Source of the DNA: the human T2T-CHM13v2.0 reference genome, Homo sapiens
NCBI RefSeq assembly: GCF_009914755.1
Contig: NC_060943.1
DNA length: 64,000 bases
Strand: one strand, 5' to 3'
Positions 12,232 through 25,100 of the stretch are shown here, piece by piece. The translations under genes were made by a program, and so were the position numbers. Below the pieces are notes generated by a model. The model did no database searches, was not told where the DNA came from, and worked only from the letters and a program-made list of their open reading frames with translations. The stretch's first letter is position 1. The number at the start of each line of letters is the position of its first letter.

Positions 12232-15200
12232 TTTTGTGGAATTTGCAAGTGGAGATTTCAGCCGCTTTGAGGTCAATGGTAGAATAGGAAATATCTTCCT
12301 ATAGAAACTAGACAGAATGATTCTCAGAAACTCCTTTGTGATGTGTGCGTTCAACTCACAGAGTTTACCCTTTCTTTTCATAGAGCAGTTAGGAAACACT
12401 CTGTTTGTAAAGTCTGCAAGTGGATATTCAGACATCCTTGAGGCTTTCGTTGGAAACGGGATTTCTTCATATTCTGCTAGAAAGAAGAATTCTCAGTAAC
12501 TTCCTTGTGTTGTGTGTATTCAACTCACAGAGTTGAACGATCCTTTACACAGAGCAGACTTGAAACACTCTTTTTGTGGAATTTGCAAGTGGAGATTTCA
12601 GCCGCTTTGAGGTCAATGGTAGAATAGGAAATATCTTCCTATAGAAACTAGACAGAATGATTCTCAGAAACTCCTTTGTGATGTGCGCGTTCAACTCACA
12701 GAGTTTAACCTTTCTTTTCATAGAGCAGTTAGGAAACACTCTGTTTGTAAAGTCTGCAAGTGGATATTCAGACATCCTTGAGGCTTTCGTTGGAAACGGG
12801 ATTTCTTCATATTCTGCTAGAAAGAAGAATTCTCAGTAACTTCCTTGTGTTGTGTGTATTCAACTCACAGAGTTGAACGATCCTTTACACAGAGCAGACT
12901 TGAAACACTCTTTTTGTGGAATTTGCAAGTGGAGATTTCAGCCGCTTTGAGTTCAATGGTAGAATAGGAAATATCTTCCTATAGAAACTAGACAGAATGA
13001 TTCTCAGAAACTCCTTTGTGATGTGTGCGTTCAACTCACAGAGTTCAACCTTTCTTTTCATAGAGCAGTTGGGAAACACTCTGTTTGTAAAGTCTGCAAG
13101 TGGATATTCAGACTTCTTTGAGGCCTTCGTTGGAAGCGGGATTTCTTCATGTTCTGCTAGACAGAAGAATTCTCAGTAACTGCCTTGTGTTGTGTGTATT
13201 CAACTCACAGAGTTGAACGATCCTTTACACAGAGCAGACTTGAAACACTCCTTTTGTGGAATTTGCAAGTGGAGATTTCAGCCGCTTTGAGGTCAATGGT
13301 AGAATAGGAAATATCTTCCTATAGAAACTAGACAGAATGATTCTCAGAAACTCCTTTGTGATGTGTGCGTTCAACTCACAGAGTTTAACCTTTCTTTTCA
13401 TAGAGCAGTTAGGAAACACTCTGTTTGTAAAGTCTGCAAGTGGATATTCAGACATCCTTGAGGCTTTCGTTGGAAACGGGATTTCTTCATATTCTGCTAG
13501 AAAGAAGAATTCTCAGTAACTTCCTTGTGTTGTGTGTATTCAACTCACAGAGTTGAACGATCCTTTACACAGAGCAGACTTGAAACACTCTTTTTGTGGA
13601 ATTTGCAAGTGGAGATTTCAGCCGCTTTGAGGTCAATGGTAGAATAGGAAATATCTTCCTATAGAAACTAGACAGAATGATTCTCAGAAACTCCTTTGTG
13701 ATGTGTGCGTTCAACTCACAGAGTTTAACCTTTCTTTTCATAGAGCAGTTAGGAAACACTCTGTTTGTAAAGTCTGCAAGTGGATATTCAGACGTACTTG
13801 AGGCTTTCGTTGGAAACGGGATTTCTTCATATTCTGCTAGAAAGAAGAATTCTCAGTAACTTCCTTGTGTTGTGTGTATTCAACTCACAGAGTTGAACGA
13901 TCCTTTACACAGAGCAGACTTGAAACACTCTTTTTGTGGAATTTGCAAGTGGAGATTTCAGCCGCTTTGAGGTCAATGGTAGAATAGGAAATATCTTCCT
14001 ATAGAAACTAGACAGAATGATTCTCAGAAACTCCTTTGTGATGTGTGCGTTCAACTCACAGAGTTTAACCTTTCTTTTCATAGAGCAGTTGGGAAACACT
14101 CTGTTTGTAAAGTCTGCAAGTGGATATTCAGACCTCCTTGAGGCTTTCGTTGGAAACGGGATTTCTTCATATTCTGCTAGAAAGAAGAATTCTCAGTAAC
14201 TTCCTTGTGTTGTGTGTATTCAACTCACAGAGTTGAACGATCCTTTACACAGAGCAGACTTGAAACACTCTTTTTGTGGAATTTGCAAGTGGAGATTTCA
14301 GCCGCTTTGAGTTCAATGGTAGAATAGGAAATATCTTCCTATAGAAACTAGACAGAATGATTCTCAGAAACTCCTTTGTGATGTGTGCGTTCAACTCACA
14401 GAGTTCAACCTTTCTTTTCATAGAGCAGTTGGGAAACGCTCTGTTTGTAAAGTCTGCAAGTGGATATTCAGACTTCTTTGAGGCCTTCGTTGGAAGCGGG
14501 ATTTCTTCATATTCTGCTAGACAGAAGAATTCTCAGTAACTGCCTTGTGTTGTGTGTATTCAACTCACAGAGTTGAACGATCCTTTACACAGAGCAGACT
14601 TGAAACACTCTTTTTGTGGAATTTGCAAGTGGAGATTTCAGCCGCTTTGAGGTCAATGGTAGAATAGGAAATATCTTCCTATAGAAACTAGACAGAATGA
14701 TTCTCAGAAACTCCTTTGTGATGTGTGCGTTCAACTCACGGAGTTTACCCTTTCTTTTCATAGAGCAGTTAGGAAAAACTCTGTTTGTAAAGTCTGCAAG
14801 TGGATATTCAGACATCCTTGAGGCTTTCGTTGGAAACGGGATTTCTTCATATTCTGCTAGAAAGAAGAATTCTCAGTAACTTCCTTGTGTTGTGTGTATT
14901 CAACTCACAGAGTTGAACGATCCTTTACACAGAGCAGACTTGAAACACTCTTTTTGTGGAATTTGCAAGTGGAGATTTCAGCCGCTTTGAGGTCAATGGT
15001 AGAATAGGAAATATCTTCCTATAGAAACTAGACAGAATGATTCTCAGAAACTCCTTTGTGATGTGTGCGTTCAACTCACAGAGTTTAACCTTTCTTTTCA
15101 TAGAGCAGTTAGGAAACACTCTGTTTGTAAAGTCTGCAAGTGGATATTCAGACATCCTTGAGGCTTTCGTTGGAAACGGGATTTCTTCATATTCTGCTAG

Positions 15201-18200
15201 AAAGAAGAATTCTCAGTAACTTCCTTGTGTTGTGTGTATTCAACTCACAGAGTTGAACGATCCTTTACACAGAGCAGACTTGAAACACTCTTTTTGTGGA
15301 ATTTGCAAGTGGAGATTTCAGCCGCTTTGAGGTCAATGGTAGAATAGGAAATATCTTCCTATAGAAACTAGACAGAATGATTCTCAGAAACTCCTTTGTG
15401 ATGTGTGCGTTCAGCTCACAGAGTTCAACCTTTCTTTTCATAGAGCAGTTGGGAAACACTCTGTTTGTAAAGTCTGCAAGTGGATATTCAGACTTCTTTG
15501 AGGCCTTCGTTGGAAGCGGGATTTCTTCATGTTCTGCTAGACAGAAGAATTCTCAGTAACTGCCTTGTGTTGTGTGTATTCAACTCACAGAGTTGAACGA
15601 TCCTTTACACAGAGCAGACTTGAAACACTCCTTTTGTGGAATTTGCAAGTGGAGATTTCAGCCGCTTTGAGGTCAATGGTAGAATAGGAAATATCTTCCT
15701 ATAGAAACTAGACAGAATGATTCTCAGAAACTCCTTTGTGATGTGTGCGTTCAACTCACAGAGTTTACCCTTTCTTTTCATAGAGCAGTTAGGAAACACT
15801 CTGTTTGTAAAGTCTGCAAGTGGATATTCAGACATCCTTGAGGCTTTCGTTGGAAACGGGATTTCTTCATATTCTGCTAGAAAGAAGAATTCTCAGTAAC
15901 TTCCTTGTGTTGTGTGTATTCAACTCACAGAGTTGAACGATCCTTTACACAGAGCAGACTTGAAACACTCTTTTTGTGGAATTTGCAAGTGGAGATTTCA
16001 GCCGCTTTGAGGTCAATGGTAGAATAGGAAATATCTTCCTATAGAAACTAGACAGAATGATTCTCAGAAACTCCTTTGTGATGTGCGCGTTCAACTCACA
16101 GAGTTTAACCTTTCTTTTCATAGAGCAGTTAGGAAACACTCTGTTTGTAAAGTCTGCAAGTGGATATTCAGACATCCTTGAGGCTTTCGTTGGAAACGGG
16201 ATTTCTTCATATTCTGCTAGAAAGAAGAATTCTCAGTAACTTCCTTGTGTTGTGTGTATTCAACTCACAGAGTTGAACGATCCTTTACACAGAGCAGACT
16301 TGAAACACTCTTTTTGTGGAATTTGCAAGTGGAGATTTCAGCCGCTTTGAGTTCAATGGTAGAATAGGAAATATCTTCCTATAGAAACTAGACAGAATGA
16401 TTCTCAGAAACTCCTTTGTGATGTGTGCGTTCAACTCACAGAGTTCAACCTTTCTTTTCATAGAGCAGTTGGGAAACACTCTGTTTGTAAAGTCTGCAAG
16501 TGGATATTCAGACTTCTTTGAGGCCTTCGTTGGAAGCGGGATTTCTTCATGTTCTGCTAGACAGAAGAATTCTCAGTAACTGCCTTGTGTTGTGTGTATT
16601 CAACTCACAGAGTTGAACGATCCTTTACACAGAGCAGACTTGAAACACTCCTTTTGTGGAATTTGCAAGTGGAGATTTCAGCCGCTTTGAGGTCAATGGT
16701 AGAATAGGAAATATCTTCCTATAGAAACTAGACAGAATGATTCTCAGAAACTCCTTTGTGATGTGTGCGTTCAACTCACAGAGTTTAACCTTTCTTTTCA
16801 TAGAGCAGTTAGGAAACACTCTGTTTGTAAAGTCTGCAAGTGGATATTCAGACATCCTTGAGGCTTTCGTTGGAAACGGGATTTCTTCATATTCTGCTAG
16901 AAAGAAGAATTCTCAGTAACTTCCTTGTGTTGTGTGTATTCAACTCACAGAGTTGAACGATCCTTTACACAGAGCAGACTTGAAACACTCTTTTTGTGGA
17001 ATTTGCAAGTGGAGATTTCAGCCGCTTTGAGGTCAATGGTAGAATAGGAAATATCTTCCTATAGAAACTAGACAGAATGATTCTCAGAAACTCCTTTGTG
17101 ATGTGTGCGTTCAACTCACAGAGTTTAACCTTTCTTTTCATAGAGCAGTTAGGAAACACTCTGTTTGTAAAGTCTGCAAGTGGATATTCAGACGTACTTG
17201 AGGCTTTCGTTGGAAACGGGATTTCTTCATATTCTGCTAGAAAGAAGAATTCTCAGTAACTTCCTTGTGTTGTGTGTATTCAACTCACAGAGTTGAACGA
17301 TCCTTTACACAGAGCAGACTTGAAACACTCTTTTTGTGGAATTTGCAAGTGGAGATTTCAGCCGCTTTGAGGTCAATGGTAGAATAGGAAATATCTTCCT
17401 ATAGAAACTAGACAGAATGATTCTCAGAAACTCCTTTGTGATGTGTGCGTTCAACTCACAGAGTTTAACCTTTCTTTTCATAGAGCAGTTGGGAAACACT
17501 CTGTTTGTAAAGTCTGCAAGTGGATATTCAGACCTCCTTGAGGCTTTCGTTGGAAACGGGATTTCTTCATATTCTGCTAGAAAGAAGAATTCTCAGTAAC
17601 TTCCTTGTGTTGTGTGTATTCAACTCACAGAGTTGAACGATCCTTTACACAGAGCAGACTTGAAACACTCTTTTTGTGGAATTTGCAAGTGGAGATTTCA
17701 GCCGCTTTGAGTTCAATGGTAGAATAGGAAATATCTTCCTATAGAAACTAGACAGAATGATTCTCAGAAACTCCTTTGTGATGTGTGCGTTCAACTCACA
17801 GAGTTCAACCTTTCTTTTCATAGAGCAGTTGGGAAACGCTCTGTTTGTAAAGTCTGCAAGTGGATATTCAGACTTCTTTGAGGCCTTCGTTGGAAGCGGG
17901 ATTTCTTCATATTCTGCTAGACAGAAGAATTCTCAGTAACTGCCTTGTGTTGTGTGTATTCAACTCACAGAGTTGAACGATCCTTTACACAGAGCAGACT
18001 TGAAACACTCTTTTTGTGGAATTTGCAAGTGGAGATTTCAGCCGCTTTGAGGTCAATGGTAGAATAGGAAATATCTTCCTATAGAAACTAGACAGAATGA
18101 TTCTCAGAAACTCCTTTGTGATGTGTGCGTTCAACTCACGGAGTTTACCCTTTCTTTTCATAGAGCAGTTAGGAAAAACTCTGTTTGTAAAGTCTGCAAG

Positions 18201-19167
18201 TGGATATTCAGACATCCTTGAGGCTTTCGTTGGAAACGGGATTTCTTCATATTCTGCTAGAAAGAAGAATTCTCAGTAACTTCCTTGTGTTGTGTGTATT
18301 CAACTCACAGAGTTGAACGATCCTTTACACAGAGCAGACTTGAAACACTCTTTTTGTGGAATTTGCAAGTGGAGATTTCAGCCGCTTTGAGGTCAATGGT
18401 AGAATAGGAAATATCTTCCTATAGAAACTAGACAGAATGATTCTCAGAAACTCCTTTGTGATGTGTGCGTTCAACTCACAGAGTTTAACCTTTCTTTTCA
18501 TAGAGCAGTTAGGAAACACTCTGTTTGTAAAGTCTGCAAGTGGATATTCAGACATCCTTGAGGCTTTCGTTGGAAACGGGATTTCTTCATATTCTGCTAG
18601 AAAGAAGAATTCTCAGTAACTTCCTTGTGTTGTGTGTATTCAACTCACAGAGTTGAACGATCCTTTACACAGAGCAGACTTGAAACACTCTTTTTGTGGA
18701 ATTTGCAAGTGGAGATTTCAGCCGCTTTGAGGTCAATGGTAGAATAGGAAATATCTTCCTATAGAAACTAGACAGAATGATTCTCAGAAACTCCTTTGTG
18801 ATGTGTGCGTTCAGCTCACAGAGTTCAACCTTTCTTTTCATAGAGCAGTTGGGAAACACTCTGTTTGTAAAGTCTGCAAGTGGATATTCAGACTTCTTTG
18901 AGGCCTTCGTTGGAAGCGGGATTTCTTCATGTTCTGCTAGACAGAAGAATTCTCAGTAACTGCCTTGTGTTGTGTGTATTCAACTCACAGAGTTGAACGA
19001 TCCTTTACACAGAGCAGACTTGAAACACTCCTTTTGTGGAATTTGCAAGTGGAGATTTCAGCCGCTTTGAGGTCAATGGTAGAATAGGAAATATCTTCCT
19101 ATAGAAACTAGACAGAATGATTCTCAGAAACTCCTTTGTGATGTGTGCGTTCAACTCACAGAGTTTA
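12232..19167 (+). repeat. Tandem duplication with a 3400-bp (10-dimer) unit
   Basis: Markers recur at +3400: atgtgcgcgt 12681/16081, gacgtacttg 13791/17191, gggaaacgct 14431/17831, aggaaaaact 14771/18171, tcagctcaca 15411/18811. Confidence 0.92.
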
Positions 19168-22100
19168 ACCTTTCTTTTCATAGAGCAGTTAGGAAACACT
19201 CTGTTTGTAAAGTCTGCAAGTGGATATTCAGACTTCTTTGAGGCCTTCGTTGGAAGCGGGATTTCTTCATATTCTGCTAGAAAGAAGAATTCTCAGTAAC
19301 TTCCTTGTGTTGTGTGTATTCAACTCACAGAGTTGAACGATCCTTTACACAGAGCAGACTTGAAACACTCTTTTTGTGGAATTTGCAAGTGGAGATTTCA
19401 GCCGCTTTGAGGTCAATGGTAGAATAGGAAATATCTTCCTATAGAAACTAGACAGAATGATTCTCAGAAACTCCTTTGTGATGTGTGCGTTCAACTCACA
19501 GAGTTTACCCTTTCTTTTCATAGAGCAGTTAGGAAACACTCTGTTTGTAAAGTCTGCAAGTGGATATTCAGACATCCTTGAGGCTTTCGTTGGAAACGGG
19601 ATTTCTTCATATTCTGCTAGAAAGGAGAATTCTCAGTAACTTCCTTGTGTTGTGTGTATTCAACTCACAGAGTTGAACGATCCTTTACACAGAGCAGACT
19701 TGAAACACTCTTTTTGTGGAATTTGCAAGTGGAGATTTCAGCCGCTTTGAGGTCAATGGTAGAATAGGAAATATCTTCCTATAGAAACTAGACAGAATGA
19801 TTCTCAGAAACTCCTTTGTGATGTGTGCGTTCAACTCACAGAGTTTAACCTTTCTTTTCATAGAGTAGTTAGGAAACACTCTGTTTGTAAAGTCTGCAAG
19901 TGGATATTCAGACATCCTTGAGGCTTTCGTTGGAAACGGGATTTCTTCATATTCTGCTAGAAAAAAGAATTCTCAGTAACTTCCTTGTGTTGTGTGTATT
20001 CAACTCACAGAGTTGAACGATCCTTTACACAGAGCAGACTTGAAACACTCTTTTTGTGGAATTTGCAAGTGGAGATTTCAGCCGCTTTGAGGTCAATGGT
20101 AGAATAGGAAATATCTTCCTATAGAAACTAGACAGAATGATTCTCAGAAACTCCTTTGTGATGTGTGCGTTCAACTCACAGAGTTCAACCTTTCTTTTCA
20201 TAGAGCAGTTGGGAAACACTCTGTTTGTAAAGTCTGCAAGTTGATATTCAGACTTCTTTGAGGCCTTCGTTGGAAGCGGGATTTCTTCATGTTCTGCTAG
20301 ACAGAAGAATTCTCAGTAACTGCCTTGTGTTGTGTGTATTCAACTCACAGAGTTGAACGATCCTTTACACAGAGCAGACTTGAAACACTCCTTTTGTGGA
20401 ATTTGCAAGTGGAGATTTCAGCCGCTTTGAGGTCAATGGTAGAATAGGAAATATCTTCCTATAGAAACTAGACAGAATGATTCTCAGAAACTCCTTTGTG
20501 ATGTGTGCGTTCAACTCACAGAGTTTAACCTTTCTTTTCATAGAGCAGTTAGGAAACACTCTGTTTGTAAAGTCTGCAAGTGGATATTCAGACATCCTTG
20601 AGGCTTTCGTTGGAAACGGGATTTCTTCATATTCTGCTAGAAAGAAGAATTCTCAGTAACTTCCTTGTGTTGTGTGTATTCAACTCACAGAGTTGAACGA
20701 TCCTTTACACAGAGCAGACTTGAAACACTCTTTTTGTGGAATTTGCAAGTGGAGATTTCAGCCGCTTTGAGGTCAATGGTAGAATAGGAAATATCTTCCT
20801 ATAGAAACTAGACAGAATGATTCTCAGAAACTCCTTTGTGATGTGTGCGTTCAACTCACAGAGTTTAACCTTTCTTTTCATAGAGCAGTTAGGAAACACT
20901 CTGTTTGTAAAGTCTGCAAGTGGATATTCAGACATCCTTGAGGCTTTCGTTGGAAACGGGATTTCTTCATATTCTGCTAGAAAGAAGAATTCTCAGTAAC
21001 TTCCTTGTGTTGTGTGTATTCAACTCACAGAGTTGAACGATCCTTTACACAGAGCAGACTTGAAACACTCTTTTTGTGGAATTTGCAAGTGGAGATTTCA
21101 GCCGCTTTGAGGTCAATGGTAGAATAGGAAATATCTTCCTATAGAAACTAGACAGAATGATTCTCAGAAACTCCTTTGTGATGTGTGCGTTCAACTCACA
21201 GAGTTCAACCTTTCTTTTCATAGAGCAGTTGGGAAACACTCTGTTTGTAAAGTCTGCAAGTGGATATTCAGACTTCTTTGAGGCCTTCGTTGGAAGCGGG
21301 ATTTCTTCATATTCTGCTAGACAGAAGAATTCTCAGTAACTTCCTTGTGTTGTGTGTATTCAACTCACAGAGTTGAACGATCCTTTACACAGAGCAGACT
21401 TGAAACACTCCTTTTGTGGAATTTGCAAGTGGAGATTTCAGCCGCTTTGAGGTCAATGGTAGAATAGGAAATATCTTCCTATAGAAAGTAGACAGAATGA
21501 TTCTCAGAAACTCCTTTGTGATGTGTGCGTTCAACTCACAGAGTTCAACCTTTCTTTTCATAGAGCAGTTAGGAAACACTCTGTTTGTAAAGTCTGCAAG
21601 TGGATATTCAGACCTCCTTGAGGCCTTCGTTGGAAACGGGATTTCTTCATATTATGCAAGACAGAAGAATTCTCAGGAACTTCCTTGTGTTGTGTGTATT
21701 CAACTCACAGAGTTGAACGATCCTTTACACAGAGCAGACTTGAAACACTCTTTTTGTGGAATTTGCAAGTGGAGATTTCAGCCGCTTTGAGGTCAATGGT
21801 AGAATAGGAAATATCTTCCTATAGAAACTAGACAGAATGATTCTCAGAAACTCCTTTGTGATGTGTGCGTTCAACTCACAGAGTTCAACCTTTCTTTTAA
21901 TAGAGCAGTTGGGAAACACTCTGTTTGTAAAGTCTGCTAGTGGATATTCAGACTTCTTTGAGGCCTTCGTTGGAAGCGGGATTTCTTCATATTCTGCTAG
22001 ACAGAAGAATTCTCAGTAACTGCCTTGTGTTGTGTGTATTCAACTCACAGAGTTGAACGATCCTTTACACAGAGCAGACTTGAAACACTCCTTTTGTGGA

Positions 22101-25100
22101 ATTTGCAAGTGGAGATTTCAGCCGCTTTGAGGTCAATGGTAGAATAGGAAATATCTTCCTATAGAAACTAGACAGAATGATTCTCAGAAACTCCTTTGTG
22201 ATGTGTGCGTTCAACTCACAGAGTTTAACCTTTCTTTTCATAGAGCAGTTAGGAAACACTCTGTTTGTAAAGTCTGCAAGTGGATATTCAGACATCCTTG
22301 AGGCTTTCGTTGGAAACGGGATTTCTTCATATTCTGCTAGAAAGAAGAATTCTCAGTAACTTCCTTGTGTTGTGTGTATTCAACTCACAGAGTTGAACGA
22401 TCCTTTACACAGAGCAGACTTGAAACACTCTTTTTGTGGAATTTGCAAGTGGAGATTTCAGCCGCTTTGAGGTCAATGGTAGAATAGGAAATATCTTCCT
22501 ATAGAAAATAGACAGAATGATTCTCAGAAACTCCTTTGTGATGTGTGCGTTCAACTCACAGAGTTTAACCTTTCTTTTCATAGAGCAGTTAGGAAACACT
22601 CTGTTTGTAAAGTCTGCAAGTGGATATTCAGACCTCCTTGAGGCCTTCGTTGGAAACGGGATTTCTTCATATTATGGTAGACAGAAGAATTCTCAGTAAC
22701 TTCCTTGTGTTGTGTGTATTCAACTCACAGAGTTGAACGATCCTTTACACAGAGCAGACTTGAAACACTCTTTTTGTGGAATTTGCAAGTGGAGATTTCA
22801 GCCGCTTTGAGGTCAATGGTAGAATAGGAAATATCTTCCTATAGAAACTAGACAGAATGATTCTCAGAAACTCCTTTGTGATGTGTGCGTTCAACTCACA
22901 GAGTTCAACCTTTCTTTTCATAGAGCAGTTGGGAAACACTCTGTTTGTAAAGTCTGCAAGTGGATATTCAGACATCCTTGAGGCTTTCGTTGGAAACGGG
23001 ATTTCTTCATATTCTGCTAGAAAGAAGAATTCTCAGTAACTTCCTTGTGTTGTGTGTATTCAACTCACAGAGTTGAACGATCCTTTACACAGAGCAGACT
23101 TGAAACACTCTTCTTGCGGAATTTGCAAGTGGAGATTTCAGCCGCTTTGAGGTCAATGGTAGAATAGGAAATATCTTCCTATAGAAACTAGACAGAATGA
23201 TTCTCAGAAACTCCTTTGTGATGTGTGCGTTCAACTCACACAGTTTAACCTTTCTTTTCATAGAGCAGTTGGGAAACACTCTGTTTGTAAAGTCTGCAAG
23301 TGGATATTCAGACCTCCTTGAGGCCTTCGTTGGAAACGGGATTTCTTCATATTATGCTAGACAGAAGAATTCTCAGTAACTTCCTTGTGTTGTGTGTATT
23401 CAACTCACAGAGTTGAACGATCCTTTACACAGAGCAGACTTGAAACACTCTTTTTGTGGAATTTGCAAGTGGAGATTTCAGCCGCTTTGAAGTCAATGGT
23501 AGAATAGGAAATATCTTCCTATAGAAACTAGACAGAATGATTCTCAGAAACTCCTTTGTGATGTGTGCGTTCAACTCACACAGTTTAACCTTTTTTTTCA
23601 TAGAGCATTTAGGAAACACTCTGTTTGTAAAGTCTGCAAGTGGATATTGAGACCTCCTTGAGGCCTTCGTTGGAAACGGGATTTCTTCATATTATGCTAG
23701 ACAGAAGAATTCTCAGTAACTTCCTTGTGTTGTGTGTATTCAACTCACAGAGTTGAACGATCCTTTACACACAGCAGACTTGAAACACTCTTTTTGTGGA
23801 ATTTGCAAGTGGAGATTTCACCCGCTTTGAGTTCAATGGTAGAATAGGAAATATCTTCCTATAGAAACTAGACAGAATGATTCTCAGAAACTCCTTTGTG
23901 ATGTGTGCGTTCAACTCACAGAGTTCAACCTTTCTTTTCATAGAGCAGTTGGGAAACACTCTGTTTGTAAAGTCTGCAAGTGGATATTCAGACTTCTTTG
24001 AGGCCTTCGTTGGAAGCGGGATTTCTTCATGTTCTGCTAGACAGAAGAATTCTCAGAAACTTCCTTGTGTTGTGTGTTTTCAACTCACAGAGTTGAACGA
24101 TCCTTTACACAGAGCAGACTTGAAACACTCCTTTTGTGGAATTTGCAAGTGGAGATTTCAGCCGCTTTGAGGTCAATGGTAGAATAGGAAATATCTTCCT
24201 ATAGAAAGTAGACAGAATGATTCTCAGAAACTCCTTTGTGATGTGTGCGTTCAACTCACAGAGTTTAACGTTTCTTTTCATAGAGCAGTTAGGAAACACT
24301 CTGTTTGTAAATTCTGCAAGTGGATATTCAGACCTCCTTGAGGCCTTCGTTGGAAACGGGATTTCTTCATATTATGCTAGACAGAAGAATTCTCAGTAAC
24401 TTCCTTCTGTTGTGTGTATTCAACTCACAGAGTTGAACGATCCTTTACACAGAGCAGACTTGAAACACTCTTTTTGTGGAATTTGCAAGTGGAGATTTCA
24501 GCCGCTTTGAGGTCAATGGTAGAATAGGAAATATCTTCCTATAGAAACTAGACAGAATGATTCTCAGAAACTCCTTTGTGATGTGTGCGTTCAACTCACA
24601 GAGTTCAACCTTTCTTTTCATAGAGCAGTTGGAAAACACTCTGTTTGTAAAGTCTGCAAGTGGATATTCAAACTTCTTTGAGGCCTTCGTTGGAAGCGGG
24701 ATTTCTTCATATTCTGCTAGACAGAAGAATTCTCAGTAACTGCCTTGTGTTGTGTGTATTCAACTCACAGAGTTGAACGATCCTTTACACAGAGCAGACT
24801 TGAAACACTCTTTTTGTGGAATTTGCAAGTGGAGATTTCAGCCGTTTTGAGGTCAATGGTAGAATAGGAAATATCTTCCTATAGAAACTAGACAGAATGA
24901 TTCTCAGAAACTCCTTTGTGATGTGTGCGTTCAACTCACAGAGTTTACCCTTTCTTTTCATAGAGCAGTTAGGAAACACTCTGTTTGTAAAGTCTGCAAG
25001 TGGATATTCAGACATCCTTGAGGCTTTCGTTGGAAACGGGATTTCTTCATATTCTGCTAGAAAGAAGAATTCTCAGTAACTTCCTTGTGTTGTGTGTATT

